From Parcubacteria group bacterium (GTDB taxonomy: Bacteria > Patescibacteriota > Patescibacteriia > UBA2169): 64,000 nt of DNA. The stretch is from contig JACOYR010000001.1 of NCBI GenBank assembly GCA_016181765.1, positions 93,062-157,061 of the forward strand, given 5' to 3'. The notes beneath the pieces are model-generated. The model worked only from the letters and a program-made list of their open reading frames with translations. It made no database searches and was not told the DNA's origin. The position numbers and the translations under genes were made by a program. Shown here in pieces: positions 27,337 through 37,748 of this stretch (position 1 is its first letter; each line of letters begins with the position of its first letter).

Positions 27337-28476
27337 CTATCTGGTCGCGCCGCTGTAGGCGATCGCCCGCACCGCGTCCCAGGCAGTTGCAGTCTCGGGA
27401 GTGCGCTTAAAGATTGCCTCATAGCTCTTGATGGCTGCCTTTTCGCTGTCCAACTTCCGGCCGCTCGGGCGCAAGCCATACGCCATCACCACCACTGCGG
27501 CGTCATCCCGCGCATTGGTCCGCACCGGAGCGCGCTTGTAGATGACTCTAAAGTTCGCTTCTGCGGTTGCCTCGCGGTCCGTATCCGTCTGCCCGGGCCA
27601 GCGGCCGTTTGCGATCTTTACCACATCTTCCCAGTCAGTATCGCTCGCCGGCAAACGTCCGAACGCTTCTTTGAACGAGTTCACGACTCCTCCGCGCTCA
27701 CCTGCGCCCAGCGTGGTGGTCGTCGGCGTCCCGTAGGTCACGAAACTCACCAGTTTTTCCCGCACTGCGCTTGAAACGCTCGGCTCGCTTGCCACAACCT
27801 TGCTCACGATTGATTTATCATACGAAGCCTCTTGCGCCGCATCAACAACCTTGTTCACTCTGGCCGCAATGTCCGCTTTCAGGCTCTGCGCGATGCTTGC
27901 GGCGTCTGACTTGACATTCGCGAGGTTCGTGTCCCCTGAAGCCGCAGGAGCTGATGCCGCCGGTGCTGCAGAAGCTGACTCGCTAGTGGTCAATTCTCCT
28001 GTTGTCGGATTGTACGTCTGTTGGGTTGTTTTGCCGCCGCCGCCACCTCCACCTCCGCCGCCCGTGGAAACGCCGCCTCCGCCGCAATCATTGGAACGAG
28101 GAACCACTGTATACGTCGCAGCTGTAGTGGGGAGCGTTATTTGAGTGGTTCCCGGGTTGCCGTTTCCGGAGCACGTAACCTTGATGCCGCTGTTATCAAT
28201 TTGAATTGACCGCACCGCAACATCAGATGAACCAACATTGAACGTGCCGGGATTGGTAACGCTGAACGTGCCGCTTGAGAATGACCATGATTCTGTTGTG
28301 GAGCCGCTGAAGATAATCATGTCTACCGTAGCGCCAGTTGTTGCGTCAATAGTAACGCCGGTTACGGTAATGTTCGCGTCTGCTGTAAAGTCCGTGGTTG
28401 CAGCCTGAACGGCAACACTGAACATAAGCGGAGTAATAAGCAGGGCGACCAGCGCTGCTATGGATATTTTTCTCAT
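27337..28476 (-). CDS. Secreted surface protein with Thr-rich domain, poly-Gly linker and conserved C-terminal domain
   Basis: Signal peptide; poly-Gly linker; GAGERGGVVNSF...KIANGRWP. Confidence 0.82.
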   Translation of the reverse strand: MRKISIAALVALLITPLMFSVAVQAATTDFTADANITVTGVTIDATTGATVDMIIFSGSTTESWSFSSGTFSVTNPGTFNVGSSDVAVRSIQIDNSGIKVTCSGNGNPGTTQITLPTTAATYTVVPRSNDCGGGGVSTGGGGGGGGGGKTTQQTYNPTTGELTTSESASAAPAASAPAASGDTNLANVKSDAASIAQSLKADIAARVNKVVDAAQEASYDKSIVSKVVASEPSVSSAVREKLVSFVTYGTPTTTTLGAGERGGVVNSFKEAFGRLPASDTDWEDVVKIANGRWPGQTDTDREATAEANFRVIYKRAPVRTNARDDAAVVVMAYGLRPSGRKLDSEKAAIKSYEAIFKRTPETATAWDAVRAIAYSGATR

Positions 28477-28515
28477 AGGTATGTGTTATGGTTACTCTTC
28501 ATGAATACCTATGCC

Positions 28516-29247
28516 TTAGAAGCAACTGGTGGTGGAAGTCGCCCATCCGCCGAGCGTGTTGTCCACATCCGGCCACATGTAGTAGTTAATAACCGTACCA
28601 TCGGCTTTGTATGACTTAACACGGAAGCAGGGCAAACCCACATCAATAGATGAAGTGGCGTTTGCTTGCGGATCGCCTATCGAAAGCAGTGCCTGCGGAG
28701 TGCTGGATCCGATACCGACCCTATCAGCCGATGCATCAACCATGAATAAATTATTGAGTGAATCACCCTCCCACCTCAAATCAGCAAAAGCCAGAGAATC
28801 TTCATTGCCAACAGTCACGCCGCTTGCATTAATAGTAAGTAATTCCGCGGTAGTTGAACCAACCATGAAAGCCGTCTTCCCTGCTGCCGCTTGAACCGCG
28901 AGCGTGGCATTTGGCGTGGAGCTTGCAACGCCCACATTGCCGCCATCCAGAACCGTAAAGACCTCGGTTTGCCCGTCAATTATATTCACCAAATCGCCGG
29001 TGCTGGAGTTGTATACCGCAAACGTGGTTGATGATGTGGCGCCATTAACTGTCAGCGGGGTGTCGGCGCTGGCGGTTATGTCAACAATACCCGTGGCAGT
29101 AACCGTCCCGGTTGAGACATTGTTGCCGATGGTGGTGGCCGCACTGGTCATAGTAACCACAACCAAGGCAACAAAAAAAGTAGCCAGCGCACTCTGCAGA
29201 GCTACTCTCGTGTGTTGTTTTATTTTCATATGCATTTGGTTAAGCAT
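28516..29247 (-). CDS. Secreted Ser/Thr-rich beta-strand protein
   Basis: N-terminal hydrophobic segment; repeated VG(V/I)xSSTP. Confidence 0.78.
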   Translation of the reverse strand: MLNQMHMKIKQHTRVALQSALATFFVALVVVTMTSAATTIGNNVSTGTVTATGIVDITASADTPLTVNGATSSTTFAVYNSSTGDLVNIIDGQTEVFTVLDGGNVGVASSTPNATLAVQAAAGKTAFMVGSTTAELLTINASGVTVGNEDSLAFADLRWEGDSLNNLFMVDASADRVGIGSSTPQALLSIGDPQANATSSIDVGLPCFRVKSYKADGTVINYYMWPDVDNTLGGWATSTTSCF

Positions 29248-29275
29248 AGTTTAGCTTTAAGCGTTTTAATAAAAT

Positions 29276-29344
29276 TGTGGATAAATATTTTTATCCATAT
29301 CCAGTATACCATATTCTTGACAGTCAAGTGAAAAGTTATCCACA
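29276..29344. promoter_or_regulatory. DnaA-box cluster in a divergent promoter region
   Basis: TGTGGATAA 29276-29284, TTATCCATA 29291-29299, TTATCCACA 29336-29344; palindrome CTTGACAGTCAAG 29316-29328. Confidence 0.6.
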
Positions 29345-29377
29345 TAGTGAACAAATTAAGTCCAAGCGCACTCAAGC

Positions 29378-29406
29378 TTTACAAAATGCAAAAAATTGGG
29401 TAGATT
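29378..29406 (+). promoter_or_regulatory. Sigma70-like promoter of the sugar transferase operon
   Basis: TTTACA-17 nt-TAGATT, 11 nt before the ATG. Confidence 0.55.
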
Positions 29407-29417
29407 AGTGATGTTGT

Positions 29418-30782
29418 ATGACTGAAAAATTCCGACAATTTATCCTGTTTTTGGGGGATATTGCACTTCTTTATGCCTCTCTGTTCCTGGCGCTCTCCGC
29501 AAGAAACCAGTCCATTATCTCGGGCCAAGACTGGTCAAGCCACTGGCCCGTGTTTTCCATTGCCTTTGCCATTTGGATCATTATCTTCTATATCACCGGG
29601 GTCTATGACCTCAACAACATCAGGAACGATTTGCGGTTCTACGCCACCGCGAGCCAGGCCATGGGAGTCAATATCCTGCTTGCTATTGCCTTTTTCTACG
29701 TTCTCCCGCAGGCCCAATTGGCCCCTAAAACGATTCTGGTGCTGAATGGAGTGTTGTTCTTTGTCCTGTTCGTGGGCTGGCGCCAGCTCGCGCATAGGTG
29801 GATTTCCAAAACCGCGCTCAAGCGCAATGTGCTCATTATCGGGGAGGGCGCCATTGCCCGGGAACTCACCGAGCTTCTGGACCACAACCCGCAGTTCGGG
29901 TACCAGATTGCGGCGATTTTGAACCACAACGCAAACGACCACCACGGGAACCTCGCGGACTACCGCGACCCGGGCCAGCTCTCCGGAGTGCTCGCTCATC
30001 ACCGCATCTCGGTTGTGGTGCTGGATAGCGAAGGCCGGAAATCAAAACAGCTCATCGCTAACCTCTACCGCCACTTGGGCGAACCTTTGGAATTTATCGC
30101 CCTGGACCGGTTCTACGAGGCAATCGCCAAGCGCATTTCCCTGGATACCATAGACCAGTTCTGGTTCCTGGAAAACCTCCAGGAGGGCAAAAAACGGCTC
30201 TACGACCTTGGAAAACGCACGGTTGATATGGTTGCCGCGGCAATCGGCCTTGTGTTCGGTATTGCCTTGATTCCGCTCATAGGCCTCATTATTTTGATAT
30301 TCCACGGCAGGCCCGTCTTTTTCACACAGACGCGCCTGGGTAAAAACGCAAAACCATTCCGGGCCATCAAATTCAGGACCATGGTCCCAGACGCGGAAAA
30401 GCACGGCCCCCAGCTCGCGGTAAAAGACGACAGCCGCGTCACTAGGCTCGGCAGAATCCTGCGCAAGAGCAGGCTGGACGAAATTCCGCAGCTGTTTAAT
30501 ATTTTCAAGGGCGAAATGAGCTTTGTGGGCCCTAGGCCGGAGCGGCCTGAATTCGTGGAACAACTGGAACGGGACGTGCCGTTTTACCGCGAACGTTTGC
30601 TTGTAAAACCGGGCTTGACTGGCTGGGACCAAATCTCCGGGGAATACCACTCCGCAAGCCGGCCTGACTCCTTGAAAAAGCTTCAGTACGATCTGTACTA
30701 CATCAAAAACCGTTCTCTATTCCTGGATATCACCATCATCCTTAAAACCATTAAAACCGTGCTCGCCGGAGCCGGGCGCTAA
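29418..30782 (+). CDS. Polyprenyl-phosphate sugar phosphotransferase (priming transferase)
   Basis: KFRTM, RLDEIPQ, GPRPE, KPGLTGW, YDLYY. Confidence 0.93.
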   Translation: MTEKFRQFILFLGDIALLYASLFLALSARNQSIISGQDWSSHWPVFSIAFAIWIIIFYITGVYDLNNIRNDLRFYATASQAMGVNILLAIAFFYVLPQAQLAPKTILVLNGVLFFVLFVGWRQLAHRWISKTALKRNVLIIGEGAIARELTELLDHNPQFGYQIAAILNHNANDHHGNLADYRDPGQLSGVLAHHRISVVVLDSEGRKSKQLIANLYRHLGEPLEFIALDRFYEAIAKRISLDTIDQFWFLENLQEGKKRLYDLGKRTVDMVAAAIGLVFGIALIPLIGLIILIFHGRPVFFTQTRLGKNAKPFRAIKFRTMVPDAEKHGPQLAVKDDSRVTRLGRILRKSRLDEIPQLFNIFKGEMSFVGPRPERPEFVEQLERDVPFYRERLLVKPGLTGWDQISGEYHSASRPDSLKKLQYDLYYIKNRSLFLDITIILKTIKTVLAGAGR

Positions 30783-30785
30783 CCT

Positions 30786-31955
30786 ATGGCTGGACAACCA
30801 CGCGTTTTATTCTGCACCGGCGTGTTTCCGCCCGCAATCGGCGGACCAGGTAAAATTGTTGAACAATTGGCTGGTGCGCTCTCGGGAAATGGATACGAAT
30901 GCCGTGTATTGACGTTTGGCAGGGATGATGGAGCGAGCCAGCCGTATGACGTCAATCGGATACCACTCGCAATCCCCCAACCCTTGCGATTAATGATGAC
31001 ACTGTTTAAGACGCTTTGGCTTGGCCGACGCGCTGACATCATCTATTCCCTGGATACGTACTCAAGCGGCTTTGCCGCCGCAATCGCATCACAAATACTC
31101 CGCAAACCTTTGATTCAGCGGTTCAGCGGAGACTCGGCCTGGGAAAGCGCCTTTAATGCCGGAGAGACGGATGATGATATAGCCACATTCCAGAACAGGC
31201 CCCATGGCGTGAGGACGAAACTATTGATGTGGCGTAGGAATTTTGTTCTCAAAACAGCGCGGACAATTATTACGGACAGTGAATTCCTCAAAAATTTCCT
31301 CCAAACAATCGGGATTGATGCAAGCAAGGTGATAGTCATCCGAAATCCGGTTGAAGCGCAATCCTCTTTTGACTTTGACAGAGAAGCTTTCAAACAAGAA
31401 CATGGCTTCAAGCAAAACGTCATACTGACCATGGCGCGTCTGGTTCCTTGGAAAGGAATTTCTGCTCTAATTGAGAGCATGCCTGATATTCTTGCCAGCC
31501 ACCCGGACACAACACTGGTTATCGCAGGCGTTGGCCCGAGCGAACAGGAGCTTAAAAAATTGGTAAATGACCAAAAGATTGGTAATTCTGTTTTATTCCT
31601 TGGGAACGTGACAGATAGGCAAGAAAAGCAGAAGCTGTACGCCGCAACTGACGTATTCGTGCTCAACACGTTCTACGAAAGCATGTCCAATGTGTTGCTT
31701 GAAGCAATGGCAGCGGGTCGCGCGATTGTGACAACCCGGGCAGGCGGCAATCCGGAATTTGTGAATGATGAGAATGGCATGCTCGTGCGCTATAATGATA
31801 ATGTCCAGATGACAAGCGCCATCGCAAATCTCCTGGATGATGCGGCGCTTCGGCAAAAGCTCGGCCAACAAGCCCGCCAGACGGTCCAGCAGTTCACTGT
31901 GGAAAATTTTGTAAATGAGAATACTAAAATTTTAACAGGTGTGCAGGGTGTGTAA
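30786..31955 (+). CDS. GT4 family glycosyltransferase
   Basis: FPPAIGG, RLVPWKG, ESMSNVLLEAMAAG; stop lies inside repeat copy B. Confidence 0.9.
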   Translation: MAGQPRVLFCTGVFPPAIGGPGKIVEQLAGALSGNGYECRVLTFGRDDGASQPYDVNRIPLAIPQPLRLMMTLFKTLWLGRRADIIYSLDTYSSGFAAAIASQILRKPLIQRFSGDSAWESAFNAGETDDDIATFQNRPHGVRTKLLMWRRNFVLKTARTIITDSEFLKNFLQTIGIDASKVIVIRNPVEAQSSFDFDREAFKQEHGFKQNVILTMARLVPWKGISALIESMPDILASHPDTTLVIAGVGPSEQELKKLVNDQKIGNSVLFLGNVTDRQEKQKLYAATDVFVLNTFYESMSNVLLEAMAAGRAIVTTRAGGNPEFVNDENGMLVRYNDNVQMTSAIANLLDDAALRQKLGQQARQTVQQFTVENFVNENTKILTGVQGV

Positions 31956-32038
31956 ATTTTGAAACGAGAATGCATGGAGCCCGCCGAATCGGCGGGCGAC
32001 CCTTCGGAGTTGAAAAATTTATACACCCGAACACCCTG
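31936..32038 (+). repeat. Palindrome family 3 copy B
   Basis: GGGTGTGTAAATTTT/AAAATTTATACACCC arms around GAGAATGCAT-hairpin-CCTTCGGA. Confidence 0.88.
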
Positions 32039-32053
32039 CAAAATCCCATTCAT

Positions 32054-32982
<929 letters not shown>

Positions 32983-32986
<4 letters not shown>

Positions 32987-33933
32987 CTGTGCTTGTAACC
33001 GGCTCTGCCGGATTCATCGGATTCCACGTTGCCAAATCCCTGCTTGACCGGGGCGATGTTGTGGTTGGCATTGACAACTTCAACTCCTATTATAACCCCA
33101 AACTCAAAGAAGACCGGAATGCGATTTTGGAAAAGTACGACAATTACAAACTTTACCGCGTTGACATCACGGACCGGAACTCACTCAACGATGTATTCAG
33201 TAAAGAAAAAATTGACATAGTGTGCCACCTCGCGGCCCAAGCAGGAGCGCGCTATTCCATTGATCATCCAGCCGAATACGTGCAAACAAACATTCAGGGC
33301 ACACTGAATATTTTTGAAGCGGCACGCGACCATGGCGTAAAAAACATTATATTTGCCTCAAGCTCTTCGGTGTACGGGAACAATCCGGTTCCTTGGAGCG
33401 AATCCCAGGCAGTTGACGAACCTATTAACCCATACGGTGCCTCAAAACGCGCAACTGAACTCTTAGCCTACACCTACCACACGCTGTACGGCCTCAATAT
33501 GACTGCCTTGCGTTTTTTTACGGTCTACGGCCCTTGGGGCAGGCCTGACATGGCTTACTTTAAGTGGACCCAGGCAATCACTAAAGGCGAGCCTATTGAT
33601 GTCTATAACAATGGCAACATGAAGCGCGACTTCACATACATTGATGACATTGTGGCAGGAACCCTGGCCGTGATTGACAATCCGAAGCCGTACGAAATCT
33701 ACAACCTCGGCAACCACGCCAGCGAAGAGCTTGGCGCTATGATTGGGCTGATTGAACGAGAGCTGAAAAAACAAGCGCAAAAAAATCTCCTGCCCATGCA
33801 AGCCGGGGACTTTTTAGAAAACTTTGCGGACATTACAAAAGCAAAACGCGACCTGGATTTTGAACCCAAAACGCGGCTAGAAGAAGGAATCAAAAAATTT
33901 GTGGCCTGGTACAAAGAGTACTACCAGCTATGA
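32983..33933 (+). CDS. UDP-glucuronate 4-epimerase-like
   Basis: GSAGFIG, HLAAQAG, RFFTVYGPWGRPDMA. Confidence 0.88.
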
Positions 33934-34902
33934 TAAACGCTTGAGGTCCGCATCCATCATCATCGCAACCAACTCACTAAATGAAACTTTCGGCTCCCAG
34001 CCAAGTATGTGCTGGGATTTTCGGTAGTCCCCGCACAGGTCCTTCACGTCCGAAGGCCGTTTAAAACGCGGGTCTATAACCACATAGCGCTCCCAATCCG
34101 TGATTCCCGCATGCCGAAACGCGGCATCCACAAACTCCCGGACCGAATGCGACTCCCCGGTCGCAACCACAAAATTATCCGGCTCATTCTGCTGGAGCAT
34201 GAGCCACATGGCTTCCACCTCATCCCCGGCAAACCCCCAGTCGCGCTTGGCATCAAGATTTCCGAGCCGCAACTCGCTCGCTTTTCCGAGTTTGATGCGC
34301 GCCACGCCGTCCGTGATTTTCCGCGTCACAAATTCGCGCCCGCGGATTGGTGATTCGTGGTTGAAGAGGATGCCGTTGGCGCAAAACATGCCGTATGATT
34401 CTTTGTAGTTATTCACCATCCAGTAGGCATACAGCTTGCTGATGGCATACGGGCTCTGGGGCGCGAATGGCGACCCTTCGTTGAGAGGCTCGCCGTTGCC
34501 GGAATGCCCAAACATTTCGCTGGTTGATGCCTGGTAAAATTTGGTGGCCGGGCTGTGCAACTTGATTGCATTCAAAAGGTACAGCACCCCGAGCGCATTC
34601 ACCTCGGTGGTAAGTTTTGCCAAATGCCACGAAGAGCCTACGAACGACTGGGCCGCAAGATTATACACCTCATCCGGACGGATGTTTTTGATGACGTGAA
34701 TCAAGGAGGATTCATCGGTTAAGTCCCCGCTCACAAACTCAATCTGGTTCGTAACCCCGAGGTAATCCGTGTTCTCAAAGTTCGGATTCGTGTACCGCCG
34801 GATCATGCCATACACCTTGTAGCCCTTCGTAAGCAAGAGCTTGGCAAGGTACGGCCCGTCCTGGCCCAAAATCCCTGTGATGAGCGCTGTTTTTTGGTCC
34901 AT
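33928..34902 (-). CDS. gmd: GDP-mannose 4,6-dehydratase
   Basis: ITGILGQDG, NLAAQSFV, ILFNHESP, FVTRKIT. Confidence 0.94.
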   Translation of the reverse strand: MDQKTALITGILGQDGPYLAKLLLTKGYKVYGMIRRYTNPNFENTDYLGVTNQIEFVSGDLTDESSLIHVIKNIRPDEVYNLAAQSFVGSSWHLAKLTTEVNALGVLYLLNAIKLHSPATKFYQASTSEMFGHSGNGEPLNEGSPFAPQSPYAISKLYAYWMVNNYKESYGMFCANGILFNHESPIRGREFVTRKITDGVARIKLGKASELRLGNLDAKRDWGFAGDEVEAMWLMLQQNEPDNFVVATGESHSVREFVDAAFRHAGITDWERYVVIDPRFKRPSDVKDLCGDYRKSQHILGWEPKVSFSELVAMMMDADLKRLS

Positions 34903-34906
34903 GAGG

Positions 34907-35584
34907 TTAATGGTTAGGATCAAACAACACCTCCTCTTGCGTCTGCCGGAGTTTGACAATTTTGTTTGATTCAATAAACCCGCGCAACACTGCGCCCGGG
35001 TAGCCATACACATTCTTGCCGATGAATGTGGCGGGCTGGGTCACGGTGTTGCATCCGAGCGAGCTTCCGTCCCCAATAATGGCTCCGATTTTCTCCAGGC
35101 CGGTTTTGACGCCCGCGACCTCAATCTCGTCCATGGTGACTTTTAAGTTGGAGAGCTTGGTGCCGGCGCCCAAATTGACCTTGTTGCCTAAAATACTATT
35201 CCCTACAAACGCGAAGTGCGGGGCGCGCGACTCATTCAGAAACACGGAACTGCCCACCTCGGATGCATGGCCAATGACTACGTGATCGCCGGTGAGCGTG
35301 TTGGCGCCAACGTACGCGCCATGCCTAATCTGGCAGTCCTCTCCGATAATGGCGGGCCCTGCCACCCATGCCCCGGGCTGTACCACGCTCCCTTTGCCAA
35401 GATAGACATTACTCCCGATAAACGCGCCGTCCATAACCTCCCCTAGAATCTCGGGCTTGAGGTTGTCTTTAATGTACTGTTCAAGACGCTTGATAAAATC
35501 AAACACATACTCGCTATTCTCAAATAGCGTTTTGTGCTTGAAATTTGAAAGGTCAAAGTAGTACGACAGGTCTCTTATTTCCAT
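34907..35584 (-). CDS. Hexapeptide acetyltransferase (GlmU C-terminal-like)
   Basis: Left-handed beta-helix repeats; HFAFVGNSILG. Confidence 0.82.
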   Translation of the reverse strand: MEIRDLSYYFDLSNFKHKTLFENSEYVFDFIKRLEQYIKDNLKPEILGEVMDGAFIGSNVYLGKGSVVQPGAWVAGPAIIGEDCQIRHGAYVGANTLTGDHVVIGHASEVGSSVFLNESRAPHFAFVGNSILGNKVNLGAGTKLSNLKVTMDEIEVAGVKTGLEKIGAIIGDGSSLGCNTVTQPATFIGKNVYGYPGAVLRGFIESNKIVKLRQTQEEVLFDPNH

Positions 35585-36072
35585 ATTTTTAGAAAATCCT
35601 TAATGGCGCGCTGGTTGCTCTTGAAAGCTATTTTTTTCGGCATGTCTTTCTTCGCGAACCACTTGCTCTCAGACACGTCGTCAAACGCCCCGAGCGAGCT
35701 GGCTTTCGCCGCGGCAACATAAATGATGCACAGGGTGTGAAACGAATCAGAGCCGTGCGTATATTCATCCGGGTAAATGCCAAAAATTTTCTTTACGCTA
35801 ATGTCCAACCTGGTCTCTTCTTTCAGCTCCCGCACCACCGCGCGTTTTGGATCTTCTCCGCGGTCAATGAAGCCTCCAGGCAAATCCCATGATCCTTTAT
35901 ACGGCGCCCGGGCTCGCCTGGTCAAAAGTAGTTTATTCTTGTGCAGCACCAAAGCTGTTGCCGTAGGACGAGGATTTCGGTAGTTCACAAAATCGCACTT
36001 CGTGCACGCGAGATTATCGTCCGGCCGCAGCTTGAGTCGGCCGCCGCAGATTGAACAGAATTTATAAGACAT
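35575..36072 (-). CDS. NUDIX hydrolase with zinc ribbon
   Basis: CSICG...CTKC and GGFIDRGEDPKRAVVRELKEET. Confidence 0.88.
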   Translation of the reverse strand: MSYKFCSICGGRLKLRPDDNLACTKCDFVNYRNPRPTATALVLHKNKLLLTRRARAPYKGSWDLPGGFIDRGEDPKRAVVRELKEETRLDISVKKIFGIYPDEYTHGSDSFHTLCIIYVAAAKASSLGAFDDVSESKWFAKKDMPKKIAFKSNQRAIKDFLKIWK

Positions 36073-36116
36073 AGGGTGAATAATACATTTAATTATTATA
36101 ATCGACAAGTATTACT

Positions 36117-37046
36117 TTACTGTGCGCGAACAATTTTTTCTGCAATAATCAAATCAGTTACAGCTCTAGATTCTTGAGTAAACCCGCCGATATGGGGGGT
36201 GATGACAACATTGTTGTGCAATTTGGCATATTTGACGATTGGGTGGTTGGACGCATTGTTTCCAAATTCAGTCTCTCCTACTAGAACATCGGCCCCATAT
36301 CCGGCGATGATTTTATGCTCCAGCGCTTCCAATAAATCCGATTCATTCACTAGTGCTCCGCGGCTGGTATTGATGAGATAGGCACCGGATTTCATTTGTC
36401 TGAATGTTTCTTTATTAAATAAATCCTTGGTCTCTTCGTTGAGAGGCGCATGGATGGAAACAACATCGGACTCCGAAAGCAACATATTAAAATCAACAAT
36501 TTTGGCGCTATCAGACTCCTCCTTGTGTGGATCATGCGCTATAACGCGCATGCCAAATGCCTTGCCATACTGTGCCACCATGGAACCCAAACGGCCAAGT
36601 CCAACAATGCCGAGCATCTTTCCGGAAAGGTTATTGCCTAAAAATTTTTCCCTGCTCCAATTTCCGGATTTGACATCGTCAAATGATTCCGGAATGCGCC
36701 GCACAAGTGAAAGCAATAATCCAAACGCAAGCTCCGCGGTTCCGGTGACTTCACGTAAATCTTCATCCTGCAAACTTAATACTTCAATACCTTTCTCTTG
36801 CGCGTACGAAACATCAATATGGTCCAGTCCGGTTGTTGCGGTTGCGATAAGCTTTACATTAGGTCCGGCATCAATTATGCCCGCGTCCAAACGCAATCCA
36901 AGGCCAACGACAATTGCGTTACAATTTTTGATTGCGCCTTTAAGCTCGTCTTGCGCAAGCGCGCGATACTCAACTTCTCCGGCTTGCTCTAAAATCTTTT
37001 TCGCCTCAGGATTAAACTGATCTCCTATGGTATTAAGAATTTTCAT
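36117..37046 (-). CDS. D-2-hydroxyacid dehydrogenase (SerA-like)
   Basis: GLGRLG, INTSRG, TPHIGG. Confidence 0.9.
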   Translation of the reverse strand: MKILNTIGDQFNPEAKKILEQAGEVEYRALAQDELKGAIKNCNAIVVGLGLRLDAGIIDAGPNVKLIATATTGLDHIDVSYAQEKGIEVLSLQDEDLREVTGTAELAFGLLLSLVRRIPESFDDVKSGNWSREKFLGNNLSGKMLGIVGLGRLGSMVAQYGKAFGMRVIAHDPHKEESDSAKIVDFNMLLSESDVVSIHAPLNEETKDLFNKETFRQMKSGAYLINTSRGALVNESDLLEALEHKIIAGYGADVLVGETEFGNNASNHPIVKYAKLHNNVVITPHIGGFTQESRAVTDLIIAEKIVRAQ

Positions 37047-37747
37047 ACTTTTTTTGAAAGTAAAAACTCTGCAAACTCCAAATCCTGCGGCTCGTTGATG
37101 TCAACAGAACGCTCGCTCGGCATACTATATGCACGCGACACCGTGCCGAACAAATCATTGTTCATAATATGCTCCGTCTTAGTAAGATAAATGGCGCAGT
37201 TGCGCTTGTATGCTTTTTTGCCGTTCTGCCGCAAGGCGGATGACGCGCCCTCATCGCCAAACAGAGGGCGGATAACGTCGCCGTCTATCTCTTTAACCTT
37301 AACCGGGTCAAAATCAGAAAGCGCAACCATGCTCATCACGGAATCCGCATCTGTCTCAACTGCTTTTTTGATAGCCGAGTCAATATCGTCCGCCGTGCGC
37401 AGAGGTGAAGTTGGTTGGAGAATCATTACATAATCATATGCTTGTCCCTCGTTATCCTTGAGCCATGCAAGCGCATGCTGGACAACAGGAAGGTGTGGCG
37501 TGTCATCTTGTGCGAGTTCAACAGGCCGCATAAACGGAATATCAGCTCCGTACTCACGACTTACCCGCGCGATTTCCTGATTATCTGTTGAGACAACGGT
37601 GCGTGTGAGCAACCGGCTTTTTTGCGCGGCATCAATCGTATACCAAATCAACGGCTTGCCGGAAAGCTCGGCAAGATTTTTGCGCGGAATGCTTGTTGAG
37701 CCGCCCCGCGCCGTGATAATGCCTATAATGCGCTTATCTTTGTACAT
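37043..37747 (-). CDS. neuA: Acylneuraminate cytidylyltransferase (copy 1)
   Basis: ARGGS..IPRKN, LQPTSPLR, SVDIN. Confidence 0.9.
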   Translation of the reverse strand: MYKDKRIIGIITARGGSTSIPRKNLAELSGKPLIWYTIDAAQKSRLLTRTVVSTDNQEIARVSREYGADIPFMRPVELAQDDTPHLPVVQHALAWLKDNEGQAYDYVMILQPTSPLRTADDIDSAIKKAVETDADSVMSMVALSDFDPVKVKEIDGDVIRPLFGDEGASSALRQNGKKAYKRNCAIYLTKTEHIMNNDLFGTVSRAYSMPSERSVDINEPQDLEFAEFLLSKKV

Positions 37748-37748
37748 A

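Noticed and set aside
28031-28085. GCC/CCA triplet run as a DNA repeat element
   Set aside because: It is explained by the poly-Gly linker of the secreted protein.
29276-29344. Replication origin
   Set aside because: Only 2-3 boxes, no dnaA/dnaN nearby, and no lasting switch in gene orientation; kept only as a regulatory candidate.
12929-32038. Palindromic repeats as a CRISPR array or integron attC sites
   Set aside because: Copies are dispersed by kilobases, not regularly spaced. No cas or integrase gene is present and the attC RYYYAAC/GTTRRRY ends are absent.
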